From: Octopus bimaculoides
Taxonomy: Eukaryota
Assembly (NCBI RefSeq): GCF_001194135.2
Contig: NC_068991.1
Location: 42,568,654 to 42,605,546 of the forward strand
Direction: 5' to 3'
DNA length: 36,893 nt
Position numbers and translations under genes: made by a program. How positions within the stretch are numbered: the first letter of the stretch is position 1; each line of letters starts with the position of its first letter. Below are positions 25,559-33,614 of the stretch, piece by piece. The notes beneath the pieces were generated by a model, which saw only the letters and a program-made list of their open reading frames with translations, did not search any database and was not told the origin of the DNA.

Positions 25559-27123
25559 CATATATATATATTATACATATATATATATATTATATATGTG
25601 TGTGTGTGTGTTTGAAGAAAGAGAGAGTGAACTGCTAACCCACACACACAACAAAATACAGTCTGTCAGCAGAACAATAAAAATATGCCAGACTGCCATG
25701 GAAATGATTATTGTTTCAATGATAGCACTTTAGTGGAAACCTGTTCCTTCCATCCAGTGAGTGTTTTAATAAATAAAAAAGTGACACACACACAATGTAC
25801 ATATACAATACACATACAAATATGTTTTTGGATTTTTCTGCACTAACATGGCTTAATTCAATGATGTGATCTGCATGTTATATCTGGATACCCTTTCTTA
25901 AGTATTAACCCCTCAAATTATGAAGTGGAAGTGAGTACTGAGGTTTAAAGGGTAGTGCTCACACTGCTTCTATGATAAGCATAGCATTTTACTAGTAAGA
26001 CACTATGCTAGATCCAGGGATTTGAACTTACAAGTTTCAACTTTACTTAATGATGAAACTATCTTAAAAGATAAATAAATGAGATCAACATTTTCAATCA
26101 CAAAAATGAAAGATAAAAATTTTCTATATTAAATTTCAGATGTAATTAGACAGTAAATAACTGGACAAGAGACTTTATACTAAACAAATCCTGCTTAGGA
26201 GAGAAATTTAGTTACTATAGATTAAGGCGGGTAGAACCTTATTTTTTATCTATTCAGATTTGTGAAATGAATAATAGCAATGAGGATTCCTTCCAGGAAG
26301 ATCTGGAGCCTGATACAACTCAACACTGGTGAACAAGAGGGCTCCAAAAAATAAATATGCAAATAAGCATGAACCCACTCATGTGCATGCACACACACAC
26401 ACACACACGTTCCACAAGCACAGAAACGCTTTATTTTCATATTTAAACAAGTAGATTTCCAGAAATATGAATGGTAAGAAAATAATTAAGCCATAACTTC
26501 AATTAAGGACCACAATTAAATTAGACTAGGATTCAAATTTATTATTGTAATTATAGAACACATAGTATTCAAACAGTGACTATTGAGCTCTGAAAAAAAA
26601 AAAAGAGGTTTATAGATTGCAAATAATAACAATGAAATAATATATCCACAATAGAACATAATATGAATTAGAACTCAAAACTGTTGCTCTAGGTCAGAAC
26701 GTTAAATTCCAGATCAACAGGTAATGTTTTAGACCAGCTTGCCAGGAATAAATACACTGAGGGCATGTTCATTTTCTATATCTTTTTCTCCTCTTCAAAG
26801 AGAATTGTTTAGCTTAAGATAAATAAAAGAATAGAAAGAAAATATTTTCACCATGGAAAGATACGTACCATTTTCTGAAGATTTAGCACGATTTACCATT
26901 GATGCCATTTCGTTATTCAAAGTTTCAATCTCACTATGAAGAAGACGGATTTCCAGCTGAGATGCATTCACTTGGTCATGTGGATTGTTTGACAAAGATT
27001 CCATGTTTATCACAGCCTTTTCTGGTGATGTATCAACCATATCTAAACTGTTTGCATTCGCATCAACATTGACAAATGACCGTGTCATTGGTGAGTCTGT
27101 CACACTCTCCAAGTCTGGAACAT
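7233..27123 (-). CDS. GOLGA5: Golgin-84 (golgin subfamily A member 5) orthologue; spliced CDS of 13 visible exons, 5' part missing from the window
   Basis: Exon lengths 255+220+124+97+107+168+129+99+150+76+97+64+78 = 1664 nt join in one frame, each with AG/GT boundaries. The translation carries golgin-84 hallmarks as I recall them from human GOLGA5: LNNEMASM, KDSQLAVLKIRLEEAD, LKREQE, ELSDYKEKASRILQSKE, LTESLIQKQTVLEAISTEKNSLALQLERLE, IDKFSVRLGVFLRRYPIVRVFVIVYMALLHLWVMVVLLTYKPEIH. Confidence 0.95.
7715..7885. mobile_element. Truncated second copy of the ccctttagcatt MITE family, opposite orientation to 929-1196
   Basis: Starts ttaa-ccctttagcatt; the interior is the reverse complement of about 960-1140; ends at a CATG/TA microsatellite. 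Confidence 0.6.
7890..8050. repeat. Compound CATG/TATG/TG microsatellite
   Basis: Directly visible; it generates the spurious MHACMYV-type ORFs. Confidence 0.9.
8060..8290 (+). mobile_element. RTE-type retroposon 3' end with (GAT)n tail
   Basis: ...ccatccaacccatgcaagcatagaaaagtggacataaaaatgatgatgatgataatgatga; same family occurs many times in the opposite orientation. Confidence 0.7.
8466..8529 (-). CDS. GOLGA5: GOLGA5 coding exon (64 nt): VRLGVFLRRYPIVRVFVIVYM, first half of the TM anchor
   Basis: Acceptor catgctttcag|T, donor ATG|GTAAG; RLGxFLRRYP signature. Confidence 0.96.
8850..9057 (+). mobile_element. SINE family B copy, plus orientation
   Basis: ggcaagctggcagaatt...ttctgagttcaaatt...ctggggtcaatgtaa...ggccttgtgcc; reverse complement of the array units. 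Confidence 0.8.
9451..9547 (-). CDS. GOLGA5: GOLGA5 coding exon (97 nt): VRQRLPLFLREAATDHEMTRRMKRAANTIDKFS
   Basis: Acceptor ttttattgtag|TT, donor AG|GTAAGT; AAxxIDxFS motif. Confidence 0.94.
9686..10943 (+). mobile_element. Near full-length mariner (D,D34D-type) transposon, inactive
   Basis: TIRs tgttgggtcaacccataaataatg and cattatttatgggatgacccaata, each flanked by TA. Decayed transposase from ATG 9865 (MKVTKEHIRHILLYEF...WFQKF*AGNYSLEDEPRPG) through IVTGDKKW, FHQDTA and HPPYSPDITSSDYHLF to 10865, with stops and frameshifts. Confidence 0.93.
11572..11647 (-). CDS. GOLGA5: GOLGA5 coding exon (76 nt): QQYKDVQMSIGRTTSSGISVNENED
   Basis: Acceptor ttctttttgacag|CAA, donor G|GTGAGT; phase 0-1 fits the neighbours. 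Confidence 0.88.
12352..13535 (+). mobile_element. Near full-length mariner transposon of a second family, inactive
   Basis: TA-flanked TIRs cgagatggtatcaaaaagttcc...actagttatg and cataactagt...ggaactttttgataccaccctg. Transposase remnants: MDRKLEQRANMKFSVKL (from 12533), SGRTSLED, AKFVP, ITGD...YDPETKQQSS, DLAPADF-FPKMK. Confidence 0.92.
13810..13959 (-). CDS. GOLGA5: GOLGA5 coding exon (150 nt): LMTKSLHSNTEDELESRVRTLTESLIQKQTVLEAISTEKNSLALQLERLE
   Basis: Acceptor ttattttatag|TTA, donor GAG|GTATGA; highly conserved LIQKQT and STEKNSL...QLERLE motifs. Confidence 0.96.
14165..14395 (-). mobile_element. SINE family B copy
   Basis: ttttggcacaaggccagcaattt...cgaccccaaaaggatgaaaggcaaagtcaac...gccagcttgcc. 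Confidence 0.8.
15125..15223 (-). CDS. GOLGA5: GOLGA5 coding exon (99 nt): ELHYTLEELHKQKALFHSKLKERDEEVDNLKNQ
   Basis: Acceptor ccaatccag|GAA, donor CAG|GTAAGA; KxRDEE and LxNQ motifs. Confidence 0.94.
15465..15770 (-). mobile_element. tRNA-derived SINE family C
   Basis: Minus strand reads A-box-like tggcttaatgg, B-box-like gttcgattccc, then tgctccagttcactcagctggcaaatatgagt. A related decayed copy lies at about 3990-4130 on the plus strand. Confidence 0.6.
15814..15942 (-). CDS. GOLGA5: GOLGA5 coding exon (129 nt): DIESQLHLDRESHREEIDLLQDQLVDERRIKEETEQDLLKQKK
   Basis: Acceptor ttttgttgaag|GAT, donor AAG|GTGAGC; phase 0-0; coiled-coil composition. Confidence 0.92.
16562..16729 (-). CDS. GOLGA5: GOLGA5 coding exon (168 nt): SKERLIASLRNGSEE...AKVELQ
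   Basis: Acceptor gtcctacag|TCT, donor CAG|GTTAG; SKExLIxSL continues the RILQ motif. The ORF track shows a different frame here. Confidence 0.93.
18843..19110. repeat. Long imperfect palindrome (about 119-bp arms, 30-nt spacer), probably inverted Penelope-like terminal repeats
   Basis: 18843-18961 is the reverse complement of 18992-19110 with few mismatches; each arm carries CTGATGA-stem-GAAA. Confidence 0.85.
19321..19427 (-). CDS. GOLGA5: GOLGA5 coding exon (107 nt): GKSADLTQQLKTVKMNLEGARQELSDYKEKASRILQ
   Basis: Acceptor ttaattgtag|GA, donor CAG|GTTAGT; QELxDYKxKAxRILQ motif. Confidence 0.95.
19501..19772 (+). mobile_element. SINE family A copy, 3'-truncated
   Basis: tagctgtgtggtaag (A-box-like), aggttcagttcc (B-box-like), ttgggcaagtgtcttctactatagc core. 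Confidence 0.75.
20659..20964. repeat. Long imperfect palindrome (about 148-bp arms, about 11-nt loop)
   Basis: ataagagaaattacctataacaggcaatttct...ttagacctatagg is mirrored by ctataggtctaac...agaaattgcctgttataggtaatttctcttgtat. Confidence 0.9.
21226..21570 (-). mobile_element. Two tandem truncated SINE family B copies
   Basis: Same blocks as the 5555-6600 array. Confidence 0.7.
21570..22115 (-). mobile_element. RTE-type 3' tail with a roughly 61-bp internal tandem unit, duplicated across a 10-N gap
   Basis: (CAT)n at 21570-21585. About 21610-21810 is repeated almost identically at about 21910-22110. The unit gcacaagagccagcccaggggcactggcaacgatctcgc recurs. Confidence 0.7.
22179..22275 (-). 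CDS. GOLGA5: GOLGA5 coding exon (97 nt): AEASERQSRLEYEQQGLAEQLNVCHKKMNDEK
   Basis: Acceptor atattttag|GCT, donor G|GTAGGA. Length 3n+1 exactly bridges the phase 0 and phase 1 neighbours; LAE and DEK align with golgin-84. Confidence 0.9.
22426..22549 (-). CDS. GOLGA5: GOLGA5 coding exon (124 nt): VLMDHSASSGVQNQALETLKTRLSELEDTLKREQEAYQKVQ
   Basis: Acceptor tctccattcag|T, donor CAG|GTAAG; QNQAL and LKREQE motifs. Too short for the ORF track. Confidence 0.93.
23415..23634 (-). CDS. GOLGA5: GOLGA5 coding exon (220 nt): ELEAALKK...KDSQLAVLKIRLEEADADL...ENNR
   Basis: Acceptor ttccttgtcag|AA, donor CG|GTATTT; conserved KDSQLAVLK motif; phases fit both neighbours. Confidence 0.95.
23969..24046. repeat. 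Perfect inverted repeat: 35-bp arms, 8-nt loop
   Basis: ataaatttaaggaatggagtgaacgcatgttataa - ctgcatac - ttataacatgcgttcactccattccttaaatttat. Confidence 0.95.
24933..25080 (+). mobile_element. SINE family A 5' half, well preserved
   Basis: ggcgcaggagtggctgtgtggtaag (A box), gggttcagtccc (B box), cttgggcaagtgtcttctactatagcctcggg. Confidence 0.85.
26869..27123 (-). CDS. GOLGA5: GOLGA5 first visible coding exon (255 nt, phase 1-1): DVPDLESV...LEIRLLHSEIETLNNEMASMVNRAKSSEN
   Basis: Acceptor ttgtatatctcag|AT, donor G|GTACGT. The 3' half resembles the golgin-84 segment LENQLLRNEVQSLNQEMASLLQRSKE. The acceptor position is less certain than the donor. Confidence 0.85.
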
Positions 27124-28460
27124 CTGAGATATACAAGACGAAGTCATCTTGCCAATTAACCTCGCTCATTACAATGGAGAAGTTCTATAAATGTTTATAA
27201 TAAGCACTGAACTAGTACAAGCTACATATGATAAACAGGACAAAACAGATTGTCAGTGATTTTTAACGTACTTTCTTACATTTTGGACATATTTTGAGGT
27301 AGATTGTAATCAGCTGATTACAGTAGCACAGTTGAGATAGCATGAAAAACAGGTCACTGACAACAAAGAGAGTAAATTTAAAATGTTCACTTGTATACAC
27401 AAATATTCCGATGAAAATATATTAAGTGCTCAGTTCTACTGAATAGCTTCAGAGCTAAAGTCAGCCACATATATTCAGAAAGAGGACACATAACAGAAAA
27501 ACAAAGACAAAAATATATATATACACACAACAAACAATCAATGGTTTTACAACATTGCAAAAGGTCAACCATCAGAATGGCGATGTTATTGTATCTAACT
27601 TGATGCGTCATTCACCTGAGGACCAAACTATACCTTGCCATCCTTCCTAGATGAAATTAAGCACCAGTTTTATACCAAACAGTATTCAATAAACTATATA
27701 TTCCCTCTATTACAAAAATGAATCATGTGCCTAGTTAAAATAAACTGTTATTTATCTTATTGTTTATTTTGATAAGATAAAGCTAGTTGAACAATATCCT
27801 TGTCTAAAAAAAAAATATGCACTCAAGTGCAATGCTAATTAAATACTGGGCAATAAAACACTACTACAGTCACCAAATTCCCATAATAATTTTTCAATAT
27901 CTATATAATTTTCATCATCATCATCATCATTATTATTATCATCACCATCACTATCATCATCATCATTCTAACATCCATTTTTCCATGTAGGTATAGGTCG
28001 GATGAAATTATTTGAAACAGTTTTCTCATGGCTCGATGATCTTCCTGTCACCAACCATCACTTGTTTCTAGGTAAGGCACTATATTCCCTAGTCCTTCAA
28101 ACAATGAGCAGCTCAATAATCAGACATGGTAGATTATAGACAAAACCATTGTCACTAACCCTAACCTGTTTACCAGTAGAGCTTTTATTGTTCTACTTGT
28201 TTTCAAAAGTGCAGAGTTAGAGGATGAATTACTGACAGGAAATGTCAACATATCATTGTGTTCAATGCCTTCAGACAAGGATGTGGGATGTAAACATTCC
28301 GTGCACACATGCATGTATATATACATATATATATATATTTCCAAGGTTTCAAATTTGTATATTTAAAAGGAAACAATGAGAACGAACCTTAAGGAATCTA
28401 ATCAATGATCCTTTGGGGTGAAGTCTTATGCTATATTGGTAACGATTACAAAATTTACTG

Positions 28461-28492
<32 letters not shown>

Positions 28493-28496
28493 CATG

Positions 28497-28665
28497 ATGG
28501 GCTTCTTTCTTTTTCCACCTACCAAATCCACTCACAAGGCTTTGGTCAGCCCTCTGGAAGACATTCACCAGACTTCAGTTAGGTAAATAAAAGACACTTG
28601 CCCAAGGTGACACCCAGTGGGACTGAACCCAGAATCAAACTTCTTACCACACAGCCATGCCCACA
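28497..28665 (-). mobile_element. SINE family A 5' half
   Basis: gacacttgcccaaggtgacacccagtgggactgaaccc is the reverse complement of the family A head and core. Confidence 0.7.
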
Positions 28666-28685
28666 CCTATAAACATATATATATA

Positions 28686-29243
28686 TTCTTTTATTTGTTT
28701 CAGTCCTTTGACTGCAGCCATGCTGGAGCACCGTCTTTAGTTGAACAAATTGACCCCAGGACTTATTCTTTTGTAAGCCTAGTACTTATTCAATCAGTCA
28801 CTTTTGCTGAACTGCTAAGTTACGGGGACATAAACACACCAACATCAGTTGTCAAGCGATGGTGGAGGGACAAACACAGAAACACAAACATATACATATA
28901 CATATATCATCATCATCATCGTTTAACGTCTGCTTTCCATGCTAGCATGGGTTGGACGACTTGACTGAGGACTGGTGAAACCGGATGGCAACATCAGGCT
29001 CCAATCTAAATTTGGCAGAGTTTCTACAGCTGGATGCCCTTCCTAACGCCAACCACTCATATATGTGTGTGTGTGTGTACAACGGGGTTCTTTCAGTTTC
29101 CGTCTATCAAATCCAGTCACAAGGCTTTGGTTGGCCTGAGGCTGTTAGTAGAAGACACTTGCCCAAGGTGCCACACAGTGGGACTGAACCCGGAACCATG
29201 TGGTTGGTAAGCAAGCTACTTACCACACAGCCACTCCTGCACC
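28686..29243 (-). mobile_element. Full SINE family A copy interrupted by an RTE tail (about 28908-29058) in its central microsatellite
   Basis: 3' half at 28686-28900, 5' half at 29085-29243; between them catcatcatc-gtttaacgtctgctttccatgctagcatggg... Confidence 0.75.
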
Positions 29244-29341
29244 TATTGGTCTTGATCAAAGTTCTTCTTATCAGAGAAAAACCAAAGCATTCCAGCTCTT
29301 GATGTTTCAATTTGTAGAGCAAGCACTTTCCATTGCTCAAA
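29243..29341 (-). mobile_element. About 100-bp inverted copy of the maT-like transposase interior
   Basis: Reverse complement closely matches 30850-30949 (ggaaagtgcttgctctacaaattgaaacatcaag...tttgatcaagaccaa). Confidence 0.85.
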
Positions 29342-29352
29342 CGATATATATA

Positions 29353-29387
<35 letters not shown>

Positions 29388-29569
29388 TCTGTTGTGTCTG
29401 GGGAGAGTCATTTTCTTTTTGTGCCTTATAATGTAACACAGTCACCGGTAAAGTTTCCACTTATTCTTTATTTTTATTTTCCTAGAATTTTCGTTGCGTC
29501 TTGCAACCTTTTCAATAGACTTGACTCTGTCCGTTATTTACACTGCGCTCCTTTTTGTTTGTTTGTGTG

Positions 29570-29853
29570 CATGTGTGTGGGTCAGTGTGTGTGTGTGTGC
29601 CTATGCATGCATGCATGTATATATGTATGTATGTGTGTGCATCTGTATGTATGTATTCTGCATATTCATGTGCTTGCATGTCCGTGTTTGTGTATTATTT
29701 ATGGTATGTGTGTGTGTGAGCATGTGTTTGTATATGTATGCACCTCTGTCTCCTTGTGTGTGCATGTCTGTGTGTGTGTGTGTTTTGGAACTATGTAGCA
29801 TGTTTGTATGTATGGATGTGCACACACACAAGAACACATATGCAGATATGTGT
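29570..29853. repeat. Degenerate (TG)n/(TATG)n microsatellite next to a 507-N gap
   Basis: Directly visible. Confidence 0.9.
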
Positions 29854-30360
29854 NNNNNNNNNNNNNNNNNNNNNNNNNNNNNNNNNNNNNNNNNNNNNNN
29901 NNNNNNNNNNNNNNNNNNNNNNNNNNNNNNNNNNNNNNNNNNNNNNNNNNNNNNNNNNNNNNNNNNNNNNNNNNNNNNNNNNNNNNNNNNNNNNNNNNNN
30001 NNNNNNNNNNNNNNNNNNNNNNNNNNNNNNNNNNNNNNNNNNNNNNNNNNNNNNNNNNNNNNNNNNNNNNNNNNNNNNNNNNNNNNNNNNNNNNNNNNNN
30101 NNNNNNNNNNNNNNNNNNNNNNNNNNNNNNNNNNNNNNNNNNNNNNNNNNNNNNNNNNNNNNNNNNNNNNNNNNNNNNNNNNNNNNNNNNNNNNNNNNNN
30201 NNNNNNNNNNNNNNNNNNNNNNNNNNNNNNNNNNNNNNNNNNNNNNNNNNNNNNNNNNNNNNNNNNNNNNNNNNNNNNNNNNNNNNNNNNNNNNNNNNNN
30301 NNNNNNNNNNNNNNNNNNNNNNNNNNNNNNNNNNNNNNNNNNNNNNNNNNNNNNNNNNNN
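29854..30360. other. Assembly gap; other gaps at 21899-21908, 23679-23788, 24266-24275, 25231-25427, 31538-32218 and 33147-33436
   Basis: Runs of N, mostly flanked by (TA)n. Confidence 0.98.
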
Positions 30361-30377
30361 ATATATATATATATATA

Positions 30378-31095
30378 CAGGGTGCATCGGTATTTGAAGG
30401 ACATCACTTTGAATACCTCATTCTTTCTTTAATTTCTTTTTCAGATTAATGATGAATGACATGAAATTAACAAAGCAAATGAAAAGGCAAGCTGCAATCA
30501 TTGCCATAAAAGGTCAGCATAAAGATACGGTAAATGCTTGCTTCTTGAAAGTTGCCCAATCCTTCATTGCCAAAGTTAGAGAAGACCTGGAAACTGCTGA
30601 TGGGGATCCAACATTAGCAGCTAAACACACAACACATGTAAAGGGTTCTAATATAATAAGAACCCAGGAATTTGTGCAAAAAGTACAGGAAACAATTCAA
30701 CACAACCCTGGAAAGTCAATCAGAGCTCTTGCAAAGGATTTCAAGGTTTCAGAATGCACCATCAAAAGAGTTGTGCATGAAGATATCCATTACAAGTCAT
30801 ATGTGATGCAAAGAGGTCAGTTCATATCAGGTACAATGAAAGATAGTCTTTTGATCAGTGGAAAGTGCTTGCTCTACAAATTGAAACATCAAGAACTGGA
30901 ATGCTTTGTTTTTTCTCTGATGAGAAGAACTTTGATCAAGACCAAAAGGTAAACCCAAGGAATGACAGATGGTTATGCAGAGATCCAAGTGAGGTTCCAG
31001 TTGTAATGCAAACCAAGTTTCCAGCAACTGTGAAGGTCCTGAGAGTTGTTAGCAGTGAGGGTCATGTCATGCCTCCCCACTTTTATTCACAAGGC
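30378..31095 (+). mobile_element. 5' part of a Tc1/mariner-superfamily element, maT (DD37D)-like transposase, truncated and frameshifted
   Basis: Starts ta-cagggtg. ORF 30449-30952 has an HTH-like segment (NPGKSIRALAKDFKVSECTIKRVVHEDIHYKSY). The shifted frame gives FFSDEKNFDQDQKVNPRNDRW...TKFPATVKVLRVVSSEGHVMPPHF, typical of maT/DD37D. No C-terminus or 3' TIR seen. Confidence 0.8.
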
Positions 31096-32218
31096 TTTTT
31101 CTAATGCAATTCCCCTCTTTGTCCTGCCATTAAAACAACCAGTTGCTCACACAGCAACTAGGGGACTACAGGATGACAGTCAGCCAAAACTTTTGCTATG
31201 CTGTCTCTTCTTTCACTCCTTTGTGGGGTTAATTATCTTCATCTTTAGTTACAGTTTCTCATTCAAACTACATAATACGCAGAATTGTCACATTAATACA
31301 GTAGGGTGTTTTGAGGGAGATTTGGCTGCTATTTCTACCAGGTCTACCTACCATGTAGAGGTCTGAACTTAATTTTCATTCACAGATTTGCATTTCAAAA
31401 ATTTAACATAAATTTTTCCATAAATCAACTATCGTAAAAATTTTCTACCAGGACCTCACATTTTCTATGTATGTGTGTGTACCTTAAAAGACGTGATTAG
31501 ACAGAGGTCCAACAGAATAGTTCTCAGAAACAGACTANNNNNNNNNNNNNNNNNNNNNNNNNNNNNNNNNNNNNNNNNNNNNNNNNNNNNNNNNNNNNNN
31601 NNNNNNNNNNNNNNNNNNNNNNNNNNNNNNNNNNNNNNNNNNNNNNNNNNNNNNNNNNNNNNNNNNNNNNNNNNNNNNNNNNNNNNNNNNNNNNNNNNNN
31701 NNNNNNNNNNNNNNNNNNNNNNNNNNNNNNNNNNNNNNNNNNNNNNNNNNNNNNNNNNNNNNNNNNNNNNNNNNNNNNNNNNNNNNNNNNNNNNNNNNNN
31801 NNNNNNNNNNNNNNNNNNNNNNNNNNNNNNNNNNNNNNNNNNNNNNNNNNNNNNNNNNNNNNNNNNNNNNNNNNNNNNNNNNNNNNNNNNNNNNNNNNNN
31901 NNNNNNNNNNNNNNNNNNNNNNNNNNNNNNNNNNNNNNNNNNNNNNNNNNNNNNNNNNNNNNNNNNNNNNNNNNNNNNNNNNNNNNNNNNNNNNNNNNNN
32001 NNNNNNNNNNNNNNNNNNNNNNNNNNNNNNNNNNNNNNNNNNNNNNNNNNNNNNNNNNNNNNNNNNNNNNNNNNNNNNNNNNNNNNNNNNNNNNNNNNNN
32101 NNNNNNNNNNNNNNNNNNNNNNNNNNNNNNNNNNNNNNNNNNNNNNNNNNNNNNNNNNNNNNNNNNNNNNNNNNNNNNNNNNNNNNNNNNNNNNNNNNNN
32201 NNNNNNNNNNNNNNNNNN

Positions 32219-32415
32219 GGGTGGTTTGGAGGGGTGACGGGCGAAGCTGTTTTCTGACGGGGGGAGGGTTTATACAGCTGAAGGCTCTAATCAAAACAGG
32301 GGACCCGAAATGCGAAATGATAAGGTTGAGAAAGGCTGTTATAGATTATGCCTAACTGAAAACGATCACAGCCACATCATCCAAAGACAGGGTGAAACCG
32401 GGCTTAGCTGCTAGT
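32219..32415 (+). mobile_element. Helitron-like 3' end
   Basis: Ends gggtgaaaccgggcttagctgCTAGT followed by (TA)n, the CTRR terminus pattern of non-autonomous Helitrons. The subterminal hairpin is weak and the 5' part is hidden in the gap. Confidence 0.5.
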
Positions 32416-32431
32416 ATATATATATATATAT

Positions 32432-33146
32432 ACTAGACTACCTGTGACCCGTTGGGTCACTGGGGAAGTCTGAGTTTACCAGCAATAAAGTTTTGTTTTG
32501 TAGGTCTTTTTTCTTTTCCATGTTATTTTGCATGCTTTCAATGAATGACATCAAAATCGCGTGTAAATGACTCCTCTCCTCAGAAAAGGATAGATTTGGC
32601 TGCTATTTCTTGCATATTCTGCTACCACGTAACAGTCATTTTGGATCCTTTATCGCAAATAACTGTTACTTGGTAGCAAGGTGTGCTAGAAATAGCAGCC
32701 AAATCTTTAGAGGTGAGACATGGAATGTACTCGAAAGAACCTATCGAAAAAACTATTTCACACCAAGGTTCCGTATGGGTCTTCTATGAAATATTTACCG
32801 TATTTTTGAAGTCATTCAACGAATGTGACATCAAAATCACGTGTAAACAGCTCCTTTCCCCAGAAAGGGTAAGATTTGACTGTTATTTCTTGCACGCTCT
32901 GCGACCATGTAACAGGTATTTTGAGTCCTTTATCGCAAATAGCTGTCACATGGTGGCAGGGCATGCTAGAAATAGCAGCCAAATCTTTGGAGGTGAGGTG
33001 TTGAATGCACTCGAAAGAAACCTATGGTTTCACACCAAGGTTAGGAACGGGACTTTTACAAAATATTTACCATATTTTTAAAGTCATTTTCAATTAAAAT
33101 ATTTTGCCTGTCATGATGTGTCTAACGGAAAGGTTAGATTTTCTTC
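32432..33146 (-). mobile_element. Helitron-like element with its 3' end at 32432, carrying a roughly 280-bp tandem duplication
   Basis: Minus strand ends with hairpin tgaccc-aac-gggtca then caggtagtCTAGT. About 32541-32820 and 32821-33100 are diverged tandem units, each with an internal agatttggctgctatttct / agaaatagcagccaaatct palindrome. Confidence 0.55.
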
Positions 33147-33614
33147 NNNNNNNNNNNNNNNNNNNNNNNNNNNNNNNNNNNNNNNNNNNNNNNNNNNNNN
33201 NNNNNNNNNNNNNNNNNNNNNNNNNNNNNNNNNNNNNNNNNNNNNNNNNNNNNNNNNNNNNNNNNNNNNNNNNNNNNNNNNNNNNNNNNNNNNNNNNNNN
33301 NNNNNNNNNNNNNNNNNNNNNNNNNNNNNNNNNNNNNNNNNNNNNNNNNNNNNNNNNNNNNNNNNNNNNNNNNNNNNNNNNNNNNNNNNNNNNNNNNNNN
33401 NNNNNNNNNNNNNNNNNNNNNNNNNNNNNNNNNNNATATATATATATATATATACGTATAATATATATTATACAGGTATAAGTTAGAGGTGTTTAATGCC
33501 TCTAAGGGATAGACATATCCAAAAGCACTTCTGGTAATTACCTCAGTGGGTATATTCCGTGGTAAAAGGTATACGGCAGCAGGTAATTTAGCGGGTAACC
33601 GTAGTTTAATTTAC

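Noticed and set aside
26985-27200. Plus-strand ORFs antisense to GOLGA5 exons (also 15725-15907 and 23517 onward)
   Set aside because: Shadow frames of real coding exons.
28160-28235. Candidate upstream GOLGA5 exon within ORF 28120-28344
   Set aside because: The only open frame ends in phase 2 at the GTTAG donor while phase 1 is required, and there is no golgin-84 N-terminal motif.
23517-33486. Long ORFs containing X runs and YI/CV repeats (e.g. 29494-30432, 31475-32257, 25185-25733)
   Set aside because: Artefacts of N gaps and dinucleotide microsatellites lacking stop codons.
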